From: Azolla caroliniana
Lineage: Eukaryota; Plantae; Polypodiophyta
Assembly (NCBI GenBank): GCA_043228905.1
Contig: JBHGNT010000016.1
Span: 1,550,001-1,614,000 of the forward strand
Reading direction: 5' to 3'
Length of the DNA: 64,000 nt
Shown: positions 1 to 11,700 of the stretch, in pieces
Numbering within the stretch: position 1 is the first letter of the stretch
Layout of the letters: each line of letters starts with the position of its first letter
Notes under the pieces: model-generated
What the model saw: only the letters and a program-made list of their open reading frames with translations
The model's database searches: none
Told to the model about the DNA's origin: nothing
Made by a program: the position numbers and the translations under genes

Positions 1-2060
1 GATTTCGTTTTTCCCATGTGAAATTGATGTATATAAAGTCGTGCCTTTCTCCCTTTCTAATGCCAACATCTGGTTGAATTCAATTTGTATTCCTCATTAA
101 TCATCCTATCCAAGCTAGTGACTAGTTGCTAGTCATTAACTTAAGCTACTTACAAGAGGAGTATCTAGGGTTTTAATATCAGGTTGGCAATTATATAAGT
201 GTATTATAAGGTCATGTTATGTTAGAGGGTTTCCATTTAGAGAGAAGGGGGTTGTCAATTAATTTGTCACAATTGTTCATTGAATACAAGAGGGTCATGG
301 GTTCAACATTATGATCATTTACTAAAAGAATGAAAATAGCCAAGTTTCTCAATCAATGTGTACAACTGAATAAAAATAGGGTTGCAGGTGATTTGGTGAA
401 CGTTGTTTCTTGAAGACAAGTCGTAGTCAAGGGTTCAATACCTAGATACCCAAATAGAGTTTTTTTATTCAAAATAAAAAGTATGCATTATCCTTCAATA
501 TTGATTATGGGCTAAAACCTGTAGTCATAGAGCAAAGAAAGCGGACTTAAAAAATCTAATGTTTGTGACAATAAAAAGATGGCCTATCACTATGGAAAGC
601 TTATGAGGAAGAGGCCAATGTATGATCCTACACTTTATAGATGATAGAGAAAATTAATTTATGAGGGAAATGAACATGGGGGTGGACTTTTTATACCCGC
701 ACCTATTACAAGATAGATAATATGTCATGTTTCATTTTAACAACTGTAACTTTGGTACACTTTCTTATGCCGAGCATAGTCAATGGAGTTCAACATTCGA
801 TTTTGGGATAGAATTTGTCAACAAGTGTGACTCGCTATACTCATTCAACATTCAATAGAACCACAAGAGTAATAAGAGTGTAAGTGTTCACATCATTGTT
901 TTGTCCTCTTTAAGTGTACGTATGGTTTTTTAATACCAATGTCATCATCTCTACATTATTATTAAGAAATGTCATAAGGTAATGAGGCATCGTAGGCAAG
1001 AATAGTCTGAAAGATATGAGATGCCAATTTACAATGGATGAAACGTCATTATCACCTTATATACATCCTCAATTGTCCACACATAGAAATCAAAATGTGA
1101 TCTATGTGTGAGAATGCTCTTTTTTGACAATATAGCCTAACTGTTTAGTGTCAAAAAGGTATATGCCAATGTGCGAAACCACCCATCAAAACTTTTAACT
1201 TTATTGAATCATATAACAAAGTCACTCATAAACAAAAATTTAATCTAAATCTCTTTTCTTGACTTTTTAATAGCATCAATATTTCATCAATATGTACACA
1301 TCTCGAATGTAATTCTTAACAAAGAGGCTATTCTAAAACATTCAAAAACTAGAGGAATTTGTACCCCCACTTTCCAATTTTAACAACCATTTTTTCAATA
1401 ATTGATGAGCCCGCTCAATTTCTTTCTCATTTCATTAGTTGGATATACAAGAGAGGTATGAGAAAAACCCACTGACTTTTCATTTCATTAGTTGGATATG
1501 CAAGAGAGGTATGAGCAAAACATATTGTTTCTTAGCTTCGCCTTTTACTCCATCTCTAGTGGAAAATATCTTAATTTGCAACATTTTAAAGGCAGTTGAT
1601 AGGGGCAAACCCTCAGTGTGTATTATCATAAACTAAACATGATGAATCCTTTCATTTCTTCAATGGAACATCAACACACTGCTCAGGACTAAATTATATA
1701 CAGATAGGTAAAATATAAAAAGAATCACTTATTATACAACAGGTATTTTTACCAAATGGGGAAAGAAAATCCTCCAGTTATTAGTACAAAGGCAACAAGG
1801 TCTTATTAAAAAGGCATGAGATATCATCACCCAAAATAGGGCAAGAAAATCCTCTAATTATTGAAGTAGCTAAAGTAAAGGAAAAACACAAGTTTTGCAA
1901 TCCTTGCTTCATTTCTCACAAAATGTTTGTTCTTTAGCATGTCGGCTTTCCAAGGTATGTAATGTAGAAAAGAAGGTTATGCATAGCCAAAATTTCTGGA
2001 AACTACGGTTTTTCTTTTCTCTTTCTCTTCACTATTTCTCTTTGAAATAAGAAAAGAATT

Positions 2061-2754
2061 TCAAGGTGAACCTGTAGAGGCGTTGATGCCTTTCTGCTTC
2101 TTCAAAATCATTAATCTCTTAACTTCATCCAGCACCTGCATGTGTGTAAACTCAAACCTTTTATATAGCATCTATATAAAAATTTAAGAATAAATAAGAA
2201 ACCTTCAAATGGTATCCATTCATTCACAAGAAAAATCGAGGTTTGCGATATTTCAGATGTTGAGTGTTTTGTCCTCTCATTCTTTTATTTCAAAAATACA
2301 AATATAAAAGATAGCGCACTGCGATATGTGCACACAGACCAACCCCCCACTCCCCCCACATGTTACCTGAGCAGCTATTTCAGCCGGAGTTATATCACAC
2401 ACATCTTTATGACCATACTCTGACAGAGCTTCTGTTAAAATGACAAAAACCATATTCGATTTTTGTGTCAATATATAGTAACCAAAATATATTGCAAAAA
2501 AAACTAATACTTTGCCCCCAACCACATCCCAGGGTATACATATACACATGAATATATACAGAAGAAAAAAATGCATACTTTGCAATGAGACTACAACATC
2601 AGCTTTAGCATAACAAGGAGCCCTCAATGTATAAATGTTTGTAAGCCGAGCAAGTGCCTACAAATGTAGACAGATAAAAGAGGATTAACAGAAAAGATAA
2701 TAATGATATTAGAGGCCAGTTTCTTCATTGTCCTCAAAAACTGATTCTCAAATT

Positions 2755-2787
<33 letters not shown>

Positions 2788-5700
2788 TATATATATCCAT
2801 TTGGAAACACACCTGTTCATAAGCGGAATCACCACTTGACTCTCCTAGCAATGGTCTTGAATGAGTCCCGACTGCAACAACCCGTTTGGCTAGGGCTTCT
2901 AGAGGTACATCTAGAAACACTGTCACGCCATGTCTCAAATAATTCCTAATATTATTGATTAGAAAAGTCAAAATGTGGATATATCTGTATGTAACTGAAG
3001 CTTTTAGACTTTCATTTTGATCCTAACCAATTCACTTCTCGGACCACAATACCACCTCCTGTTGCTATAACCATACGTACATTTGAAGACAGCTGTCTTA
3101 GAACCTCGGTCTGTAGAGACACAAATTTGTGAAATCATTCATTCCGAGAAAAACAAATGATATCATTGGGAAACAAGAAAGAAACATATTTAATTACATC
3201 TTTTAAGAAGCCACATGATTTATGAGACCAAATGAACCAGAGATTGCATCTCAAAAATGCTCATCTCATCTTGGAGAGAAACAAACCAAGGTCAATGCAT
3301 TAGAAATTTAATATGCTCTCTAGAGACAAAATATAGAACTTCCCGTTCCTTAAGCCAATATAATATCGTGAGGCATAAATGTTCGTAGACTGAAACATCA
3401 GCCCAGGAAACGAGAGTAAATATCACTATGACAATGAGAAAACTACCATTTAAAAAAACAATTATTAATGCAAAAATTAATGATCTATATAAAACCAGAC
3501 CTCAGAATCTCTGAAGCTTTCTTCGGTTTGCTGCTGGAATAGTTGTGCAATTGTTATACCACCAGCAGCCTCTTCAATAAGCCTATCACTGCAGTAATAT
3601 ACATAGAGAGAAAGCTGATAAGAAAAATAATACCTAGTGGCAGGCTATCACCCGCATAAACAAGACCTAAACAAAAGGGTAAAATACCAAAATCTGCCAT
3701 TACGTATCAGAAATGCTAAAAGTATGCTAGCTTATTTCCAAGTTTACCTATATGTGCTTAGGTAAAGTTGACGTTCTTAATAACATGAGAAATTGCATTA
3801 AACATGCAACTTTGCCTTATGTATGCGAGATTGTGAAGATGAATTCATGATAATTAAGTTCCTCTTTTGTTAATTACTAGATTAGATTGCTCTCTATGTA
3901 GAAAGTGAGCATGTTGTAACTGGTCTATTCAGATACTTAGGTATATCTCTGTGTAAAAAGTTAGCCCTCTACCTAGAACATGCGCATGTTCTAACTGTTC
4001 TACTTAGAACCTTAAATATGCTTCCAATGAAAAAGAAGTATGCCCTTATTGAGATGATTAGAAGCTTAGTTTGCTAATTTTACTTCTAGTTTAAAGCTTA
4101 ATTTGCTAATTAGCAGAGCCTGCTAAATCAATCAAGATGATTTGGCAGATTATGCTAGCATGCTAACCTAAAATAATTATTACTTTGATTATGATTTATC
4201 TTAATTTTGTGCTTAATCTTAACTTTCATGTGATTAAGGTCATCAACTTTGACTACAAATATATAAGCATACTTTCTGAAATTTTAATACATAAGCATAC
4301 TTTGGTAGCTTATTTTCCCTAACCTAAAATACCTATCCACAAAGTCATAATCCAGAGCTTCTGCAACAAGCTTTCCGACAGTAGATTTCCCGCTGCCCAT
4401 CATACCAGTCAGATATATGCAACTTCCCTTTAAATCATCCACTATCTCCCTTGCTTTCTCCTACATATCAATGATTATTGTGGATATGGTTTATATAAAG
4501 GAAACATTAGTAGCATCCTAACTAGGTAAGACTCTGAAATACCCCTGAGTTTCATTATTTCCCAAGAAACCTCTTTTTCAATCCCCTCTTGAGAAACTCT
4601 ATGTGCTATTTCGGCAAAATTTAAGGGCATTTTGTCATCCCCTTGCTATTTCAGCACTAGTATGGTCGATTCATCGCATTCCTCTCTCCATCTCTCTTGT
4701 GGGGCTTGACAAAGAGCATTTCAGGAAAATAAAGATTCAGGGGCATTTGGTAGAATAAAAAAACTCTGTTAGAATGAGAAAAAAAACTCCGTGGCATTTC
4801 GAAAATTTCCCTTTCAACTTATTTGCAGAAAAATGGAAGTACCTTCAAGACCAATGTTTGTTCATCATACACCTTTGCAGCTGAATTGGTCTGTTTATCT
4901 GATGAAAGAAACATACTACAGGCTCATTATGTCTAACCTAAACAAAAAAAATTCTATATCCATTAAAAATGCAAGGCTCTTTTTTTATTGCAGCTGTACT
5001 GCTTTAATGATTGAAGTTCAAGAATTGTTCATCAAATTAGAAATAATGGATACACAAAAATTCAAAACAAACATACGCATCGATGGAAATCAAGAGTCAA
5101 TCATCATCTCATCAAGTTCAGGTTATTTATCTACGGTTATTATTGATACCAAATTATTTGTTAGGAAAACGATGCAGATCACCGAGTGCTAGAGAGAATC
5201 CATGAGTGAGTTTTCCTCACAAAAACAAAAAATCTCAAATATGTAGCCAAATTTTACCACAAAGTTCCACTAAATATTATGGTCATGAATATTACTGCTT
5301 TCTAGATATACTCGACATAAAAAGTGCAACTATGCGTAGTGAAGAATTACTTTGCAATATGACACAGCTCTAGTTTACCAAAGACTGGGTTCTCTATTGA
5401 GGGCCAGTATGACATGCAACAACTAACATAATGTGCAAGTGTACAATTCTCCAAACACAAGATAAAAAAGAGCTCAAAACACAATAAAAACAAGTTTTAA
5501 CCGCAACCAAACTTGTTGCAAAGGCTAAAAAACAAATAAAATGTGGCATTGAATAACATATGCTCTATTATCTAAAAAATAAGAAAACAAAAACTGAGAA
5601 CAGATTGAATTTCGAGCTAAATGCAAGATAAAAACAAGAAAAATTATGTTAAAAATAAGCAAAATCAAGTTAAAAAGAACTAAAAAATAAGAAGAAGAAA

Positions 5701-6042
5701 AAAAACAAGCTGAGAACAGATTGAATTTCGAGCTAAATGCAAGTTAAAAACGAGAAAATTTAAGTTAAAAATAATCAAAATCAAGTTAAAAAGAGAGAAG
5801 TGGAAAACGAGTTAGAAACAGGGGAGTATGGAAAAACCTGCTTCGACGTTGTTAGGACGAGTTGTGGAGAAGCACCGAGATTTGGGCAGGCGAACAGAAG
5901 AGATGGGCGCCCAAAGAATCCGATTATTTCGATAAGAGATAAATCCCTTATTCAAAATGGGTGGCTGCTTACAAGAAGAAAATGCATCTTTGCGGTTAAG
6001 AATCCATGGAACCTCAACTGTGCTAAGAAGCATGCTCTCCAT
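2061..6042 (-). CDS. SK: Shikimate kinase, plastid-targeted (9 exons)
   Basis: Hand-assembled GT-AG exons with consistent phases: 6042-5838, 4898-4873, 4460-4333, 3588-3501, 3110-3028, 2945-2813, 2657-2579, 2431-2367, 2135-2061. The protein has the P-loop [63 protein letters not shown] and YAKAD, plus a Ser/Arg-rich transit-peptide-like exon 1. The 26-nt exon 2 is the least certain. Confidence 0.93.
3676..4320. mobile_element. MITE-like element with imperfect long terminal inverted repeats in SK intron 3
   Basis: The left end agggtaaaataccaaa...aaagtatgct...aaagttgacgttcttaataacatgagaaatt matches the reverse complement of the right end (aactttcatgtgattaaggtcatcaacttt...agcatacttt...tttggtagcttattttccct). 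Non-coding; no clear TSD. Confidence 0.55.
5573..5795. repeat. Tandem duplication (~118 bp x2) in SK intron 1
   Basis: ctgagaacagattgaatttcgagctaaatgcaag...aaaatcaagttaaaaaga occurs twice. Confidence 0.8.
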
Positions 6043-6210
6043 GATCAACGGAAAAAAATCTTCTTCTTCTTTATTTGTTTTTCCTCCTCCTTTCTTCCTG
6101 GGCTATTGTGTTCTCTCTTCTCGGATCTAGCAGCAATGAAGCTATTCTTTGTGTGGGAAAAATGGATGGATTGGCGACTCAGGAAAATCCTTACTCCTTC
6201 TCTACTGCAA

Positions 6211-6303
6211 CTAGTGATGATGATAATGATGGTGAAACCCGTGAAAAGCTGGTGAAGGAGTGGTTGATTCCATGGCCATGGCCACAGACAGAGAGCCGGT
6301 CAT
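6211..6303 (-). promoter_or_regulatory. Candidate uORF upstream of shikimate kinase (MTGSLSVAMAMESTTPSPAFHGFHHHYHHH*)
   Basis: Three in-frame ATGs (6303, 6279, 6273), two of them in GCCATGG context. The TAG is at 6211-6213, about 170 nt before the SK ATG. Inclusion in the transcript is not shown. Confidence 0.35.
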
Positions 6304-6454
6304 GGAGATGTGTACGATGACCAGTCATCTTTACTTTTTGTATTACTCCAAGTCTCATACACATTCTTCAGATTTCAGAATCGGTTTTTATTGTGACCAA
6401 GGAGCGAGATCCATGTGTGTAGTAAGAGATATATATAGTGTAATAGAGAGGTGA

Positions 6455-6520
6455 GCAAATTAGGTTTCGAACCCAAGATGTAGTGCTAGTAGTGTAAACC
6501 ACTTACCACTAGGGTAAGCT
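6455..6520 (-). mobile_element. tRNA-derived SINE-like head (Pol III box A/box B)
   Basis: Minus strand gcttaccctagtggtaagtgg...tcttgggttcgaaacc has box A-like TAGTGGTAA and box B GGTTCGAAACC. I see no full cloverleaf. Confidence 0.4.
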
Positions 6521-8748
6521 AATTACGAGAGAGAGTGAATGAATGAGTGAGTGAGTGAATAAGTGAGTGAGATCCATGAGTATGTGTGTGTGTGTTTTGG
6601 AACAATCCAATTTGGGCGTCTCTCGGAACGTCTCTTGTTGTTTCTCTTGCATGATCGGTGTTTCAGAACATCTGGCGCGTTTGTTCCCACGGTAATCCTC
6701 ATGTCTCAATATCCCCGTTCTAATACCTTTTTGTGTATCCTCGGATTATGTGGAGTTCTTAGACCATATAGTGTGTCTTAGGAGAGAGGAAGCATGGCAT
6801 CCTTGATAACATCCATCTCCACATTTGCATTATGGGTTCTTCTAGTGATGTTTGGCTACATGATTGTGGTGCTTGATATTCGGGAAAATGTTATCCTCTA
6901 AAAGTGACCAGTTGTCCTTGCTATTATCCATGTTCACGATTTAGTATCATTGCGCGTGCTCTCACAATCAAGGAACATAATGTCCTCACTTCATTTGGTG
7001 TCTCGTGTCCTCGGAATTATTCACAATTACATTTGCAAAAGGCTTACGAAGTGATGATTCAAGTCTATGATCTACTACTCTTAAATGATGTGATACGTGC
7101 ATTCAAAAATTTGCTATATAGTACAGCCTAGAGTAGCCAAGCTACCCTCTCGCACATTTTTCCTCATCTAGAAAATAAGTGCCACGTAATAAGCCAATTT
7201 CTTGCAAAATATTGAGCATCTTGGAAAGCAATATTGATTACACATTATTTTCATATTTTGATTGAATTTGAAGCATAAGATGTATATTTCAACTCTCACG
7301 AAATGTATTTGATCATTTATTTGAAGTACCATACAGAGAAACTCTTAATAAAACTTGTGTTTCATGTTCAATGAAAGGATCATGTTAGGATAATGTGTAT
7401 GTGGTCTTGCCAAAAATCATATTTGTGATAAATCTTTGCCATTTTTACCTTGCAAAAACTGTTGATTTTTTGCATCAGGAAGAGGTGTGGCAATGAGGGA
7501 AGTCGAATTCTTCACTTTTTTCAGTCGTTGGTTAGTTCAAGCATGCACCAACTGGATATGCTGATGGATAGACAGAGAACATCATAGCAGCCATTGGATA
7601 ATCCAAACAAATAAACATATAACAACAAATTTCACATTATAATTTTTCCATGCATTATCTACAAACCATTTAGGGTAGGCAACTAGCTAACATAAGAAAG
7701 AGCCAGCTTGAAAGTTCTTACTGCTTGAAAAATGTGCATAATACATTGTCCATGACAGTATTGAATAATCAGTTATATTCACGTGAACACCTGTTTCCTG
7801 AAGTCCAGATCCTCCTTTAGTCATGGATTATATGATTTTACAATTATTGGTGAGTCATTATCCATATTTTCTCATGCTTCTAAAATGCATAATTGCCTTA
7901 TAATACCACATCACTTGCTCTACATAATAGAGCCTGAGACTGCCCATGGCAGAAATTTGAAAAGACAAAAATGAGAAATTGGGGGTTTTGACCACGTGCC
8001 ACATTTTGCACAATTTTTACATGAAAATGTTGAGATGTCATGTGATCGGTTAGTTTGAACTTCACACAAACTATTTCTGATGAATGTTTTTTTTACAACC
8101 CCAAAAAATGTATCGAATCAAAGATAGTTCATAAACAGCAGAGATACATGTGTGCTTTCTTATTCCTTGTACAGACATCATGACATCGAGTCCTTGCTTT
8201 GTGAGCAATGCTATAGAAGAAAAATTTCCAGCCCAAAGCATGAAAAGACACCATTGAATGCCTTCATGGGACGACAAATCTTGCTCTTAATGGGGAGCAT
8301 CCAATTGATACAAATTCACAGTGGAACTCTTTGCCAAAGGTATATGCTTATTTTGCCAACTTCCATGAAACCAGAGATGATATACATACATAGGTCTTGT
8401 ACCTATTTCATATATATATTTATAATATATATATATATATAAATAAATTATCCATGGATTGAGAATGATATATGCTATATTTCTTAAAAAGATACAGAAT
8501 GATAGCACCATATCAACACATGATTAGGATGTCTTCTATGCCAGCTTGTGGATTGGGTTACTTGACATCCACATATTTCAATGGAACAACCTGTGTTTCA
8601 ATAACAACAAGAACTATTGTTTATCAGTGGCATTAATTATAAACAGTTCCATAAAGAACAAAAAGGCTTTTAATTGAAATTTCAATAAGATGAAACTCAC
8701 CATCTAAGATGAGATTAGAAGTATTTCCATTATTAGACGATGCTCACT

Positions 8749-11700
8749 TCAGGACTTTCTTCCATTTTCATAATTTTGGATGGTTTGTTTCAGCTCAAAA
8801 AGCTCTACCTGAAAACATGCACGTGCTCAAAATATATACATATAGCTACATAGATATATATTATGTGTGTCTGTACATAAAAGCAGATTTCTGAAAGAGA
8901 TACTGATCATAGCAAAATGCACAAACCAACTGAGACAACTTCTAAAGACAATATATCATTGATTTTTATTGTTAGATTGGAGTTCCAACTTCCAATGGTA
9001 AGACTGAAAGAGGATGTACATACATATTCATGACAGTTTTGGCAGTTACTTCAAATGTTGCATATCCATAATGGAGATGTAAAATACTAAGGATTAAAAC
9101 AAATCTAGACAAATGAAGGATGAATTTGTCTTTTTTGAAATTCTTGAATTGCAGGGCACAAGTGTTCTTGCTTCAATCCATTTATGCACTAGGGCACTTG
9201 CCAATAAGTTACAATTCAAGATTCCTTAAAGATACCAACCCCCAAAACATGGCAAAACACACTACAATGATCATTGATGATCATATTACACCTAACAGAT
9301 AATAGGATTATATGTCAACTAGCATGGGCCAAAATAATTACCTGTAGTTGAAAAGATCTGGTCCTTTCCTCTGACAGAACCCCTCTTGTTGTCAGGAGCT
9401 CCTATAATAAAGATGAAGAGTATTTAAAACCATTTTCTATCATCATCCACCAAAAAACCAACAAAATGCCTAGCAATGTACACTTGCCCTTTGAGTGTCT
9501 TCGAGGACAGCTTTTAAGAAGGTAAGATCATGGTCAAGCCTAAGATTTTCTGCATGCACAATATTTGTTAAGTTGATTGATTCTTCTTGAGCCAATTCAG
9601 CCGCCGCAAGCTTCCCTTTCAAGACTTGGTTTTCGTTAAGAGCAGCTAGTAACCTCCTCTCAACTTTCTTTCTACTTTTGATAGCTGAAGCAAGTTCCCT
9701 CTCAGTCTCTTCCTTTCCAGAAATCACATCTTTCAGCTCCCCCTCCAACACTAAACTCTTCTGAAGGGCTGATGCAAGCTTTCTTTCATAACTGAACTTA
9801 ACAGCCAATGACTTCTCCTCTGATGTTTCAACATGCCTTTCATCATTACCTATCTCCTGATTTGTCCCTTGAGATGCTTTCCACCGTTCGTAACTGGTTG
9901 TGTTTGTTTCGCCTCCCTTCTTACTAGAACTAACATGCATTTCCTTCCTGGGAGACACCACCCCATCTCTTCTGGTATCACTACCCTACATTGAATAGAT
10001 GTGCTTATGTTTACTGAGTAGCGTTATTAGACTTTTCTACTCATATTTATAGATATTTTTTCCCTTCCAACATGCATACCTCCTTATTGCTACATGATTC
10101 ATCAACATAGTAGCAATCCTTCTGTTCATCTGTCTGGCCTTCTTTCTGGTCATCCATCAACATATTCCCACATACAGTCTCTTGAAATGATACTCTCGCT
10201 GAATCATCACTCATCTGGAAAAATAAGAAAAACTGGGTTATAGTATGCTTATGTCAAACCATTTACAAAAGAATTAACAAGACTTTTTGGCTTATTACCA
10301 AACTGTTCTTGGATTCAAGAATTCCTGGTTTCACTATCTTTAGGGTTGGACTCTTAAAGTGTGCTTTCGCAGAGACATGAAGCACTTCCACCTGAATTTC
10401 AAGTCACGGAAAGACATGAGATGGTAAGAATATCAAATAAATGGGGAAAAAATGCAAGGGGATAGTTTTAAAAACCTCATCAAATGAGCCTAATCCTTTT
10501 CCACCATATGCAACCAGAAAAGCTTTCTCTTTTCTTTGAGCAATAACTAGACTGAATCCCTGTGACATCATCACACAATAGCAGTTTTGTATCACTAGAA
10601 AATATTTCAGATATAAACGTTCATACAACTTTTATGATTTGCAAACATTGAATGTGGATTCAATCACATCGCCATAAAATAAACGAAACCAAAAACTATT
10701 TATAAAGTAATGACACAGAAGATTTTGCATACAACGAATACTTGACATTCCTTTATCATAATGTTTGCGGAGTAAAAATTACTATGCTTAATCATTGCAA
10801 ACAGCAAGGAAGAAACTCTACAAAAAGATAGCCTTGTTATACAAATCCAATATATTAAGTTTCAAATCAATATGATATATGTGAAACCAGAATATATATT
10901 CTGGTTTCACAGCTACTAGAATTATTAATGTTGTTTTATTGGACCAGCCATGGTTTTTACATCTGCTTACGTGAAAAGGGGTAATGTTAAAGACAGAAAT
11001 AATGATTAAGAAAATAACATAAAATTAAGGAAAGCAATGGATTAAGGGCATTTTCCCAACCACCTCCAAGCGAAGGAATCGAGATGCATCTTAAACATCA
11101 TCAGCATCGGATACCACGAAATATTGCCTAAGATCGTGCTTTGGATGCAAATCCATAAAGCGCTATCCTTAGCAAGAGGCTCGCCACACCACCGGTGTCT
11201 CAGATATTCCTCTCCCTAATGAGGTTAGCTACACCTCATTTTATACTTGTACACAAGGTCCTCAGGCCACCATATGTACTTGTCATGTGTCATGACCTTA
11301 TGTGAGTTACCTCAATTCTTACAATACCCTTGAAACCATTAGAATTTTGCCCCTTAATTAATAGATCAATGCCATGCACATAACAGGCAATGAACGTCCC
11401 TATGCCAGCTTGAAGTTCAGAGCATATCAATGTGTGTCATACAATATTCTCCAGTATGATTAACTCAATATAGTTACAAGATCATGAAGTTCCAAGAAAA
11501 AGCGTACCTCTGAAGCCGAAGGAGAACCCATATTTGAATATGAAACTGAACTCCAGGTCATCCTTGCAACATCAAGCATGATGGTATCCAAGCATCCTGT
11601 AAGAGAACAAAGCATTTCTATAAATAAAAAATATAGCATGTACCTGTAATCATACTATTCCCATTCTTTATGTCAGTAAGTCTTACATTATATTTAAACC

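Noticed and set aside
1425-1520. Short tandem duplication (also ~15780-15970 and ~56790-57020)
   Set aside because: Ordinary local duplications in non-coding DNA with no further structure.
5800-6454. + strand ORFs overlapping SK exon 1 and leader
   Set aside because: They are antisense to a supported gene and have no recognisable homology.
8525-8592. Alternative last coding exon of the kelch gene (VVPLKYVDVK*)
   Set aside because: Exon 8808-8749 matches the family C-terminus (VELFELKQ) better; this one is more likely a 3' UTR exon.
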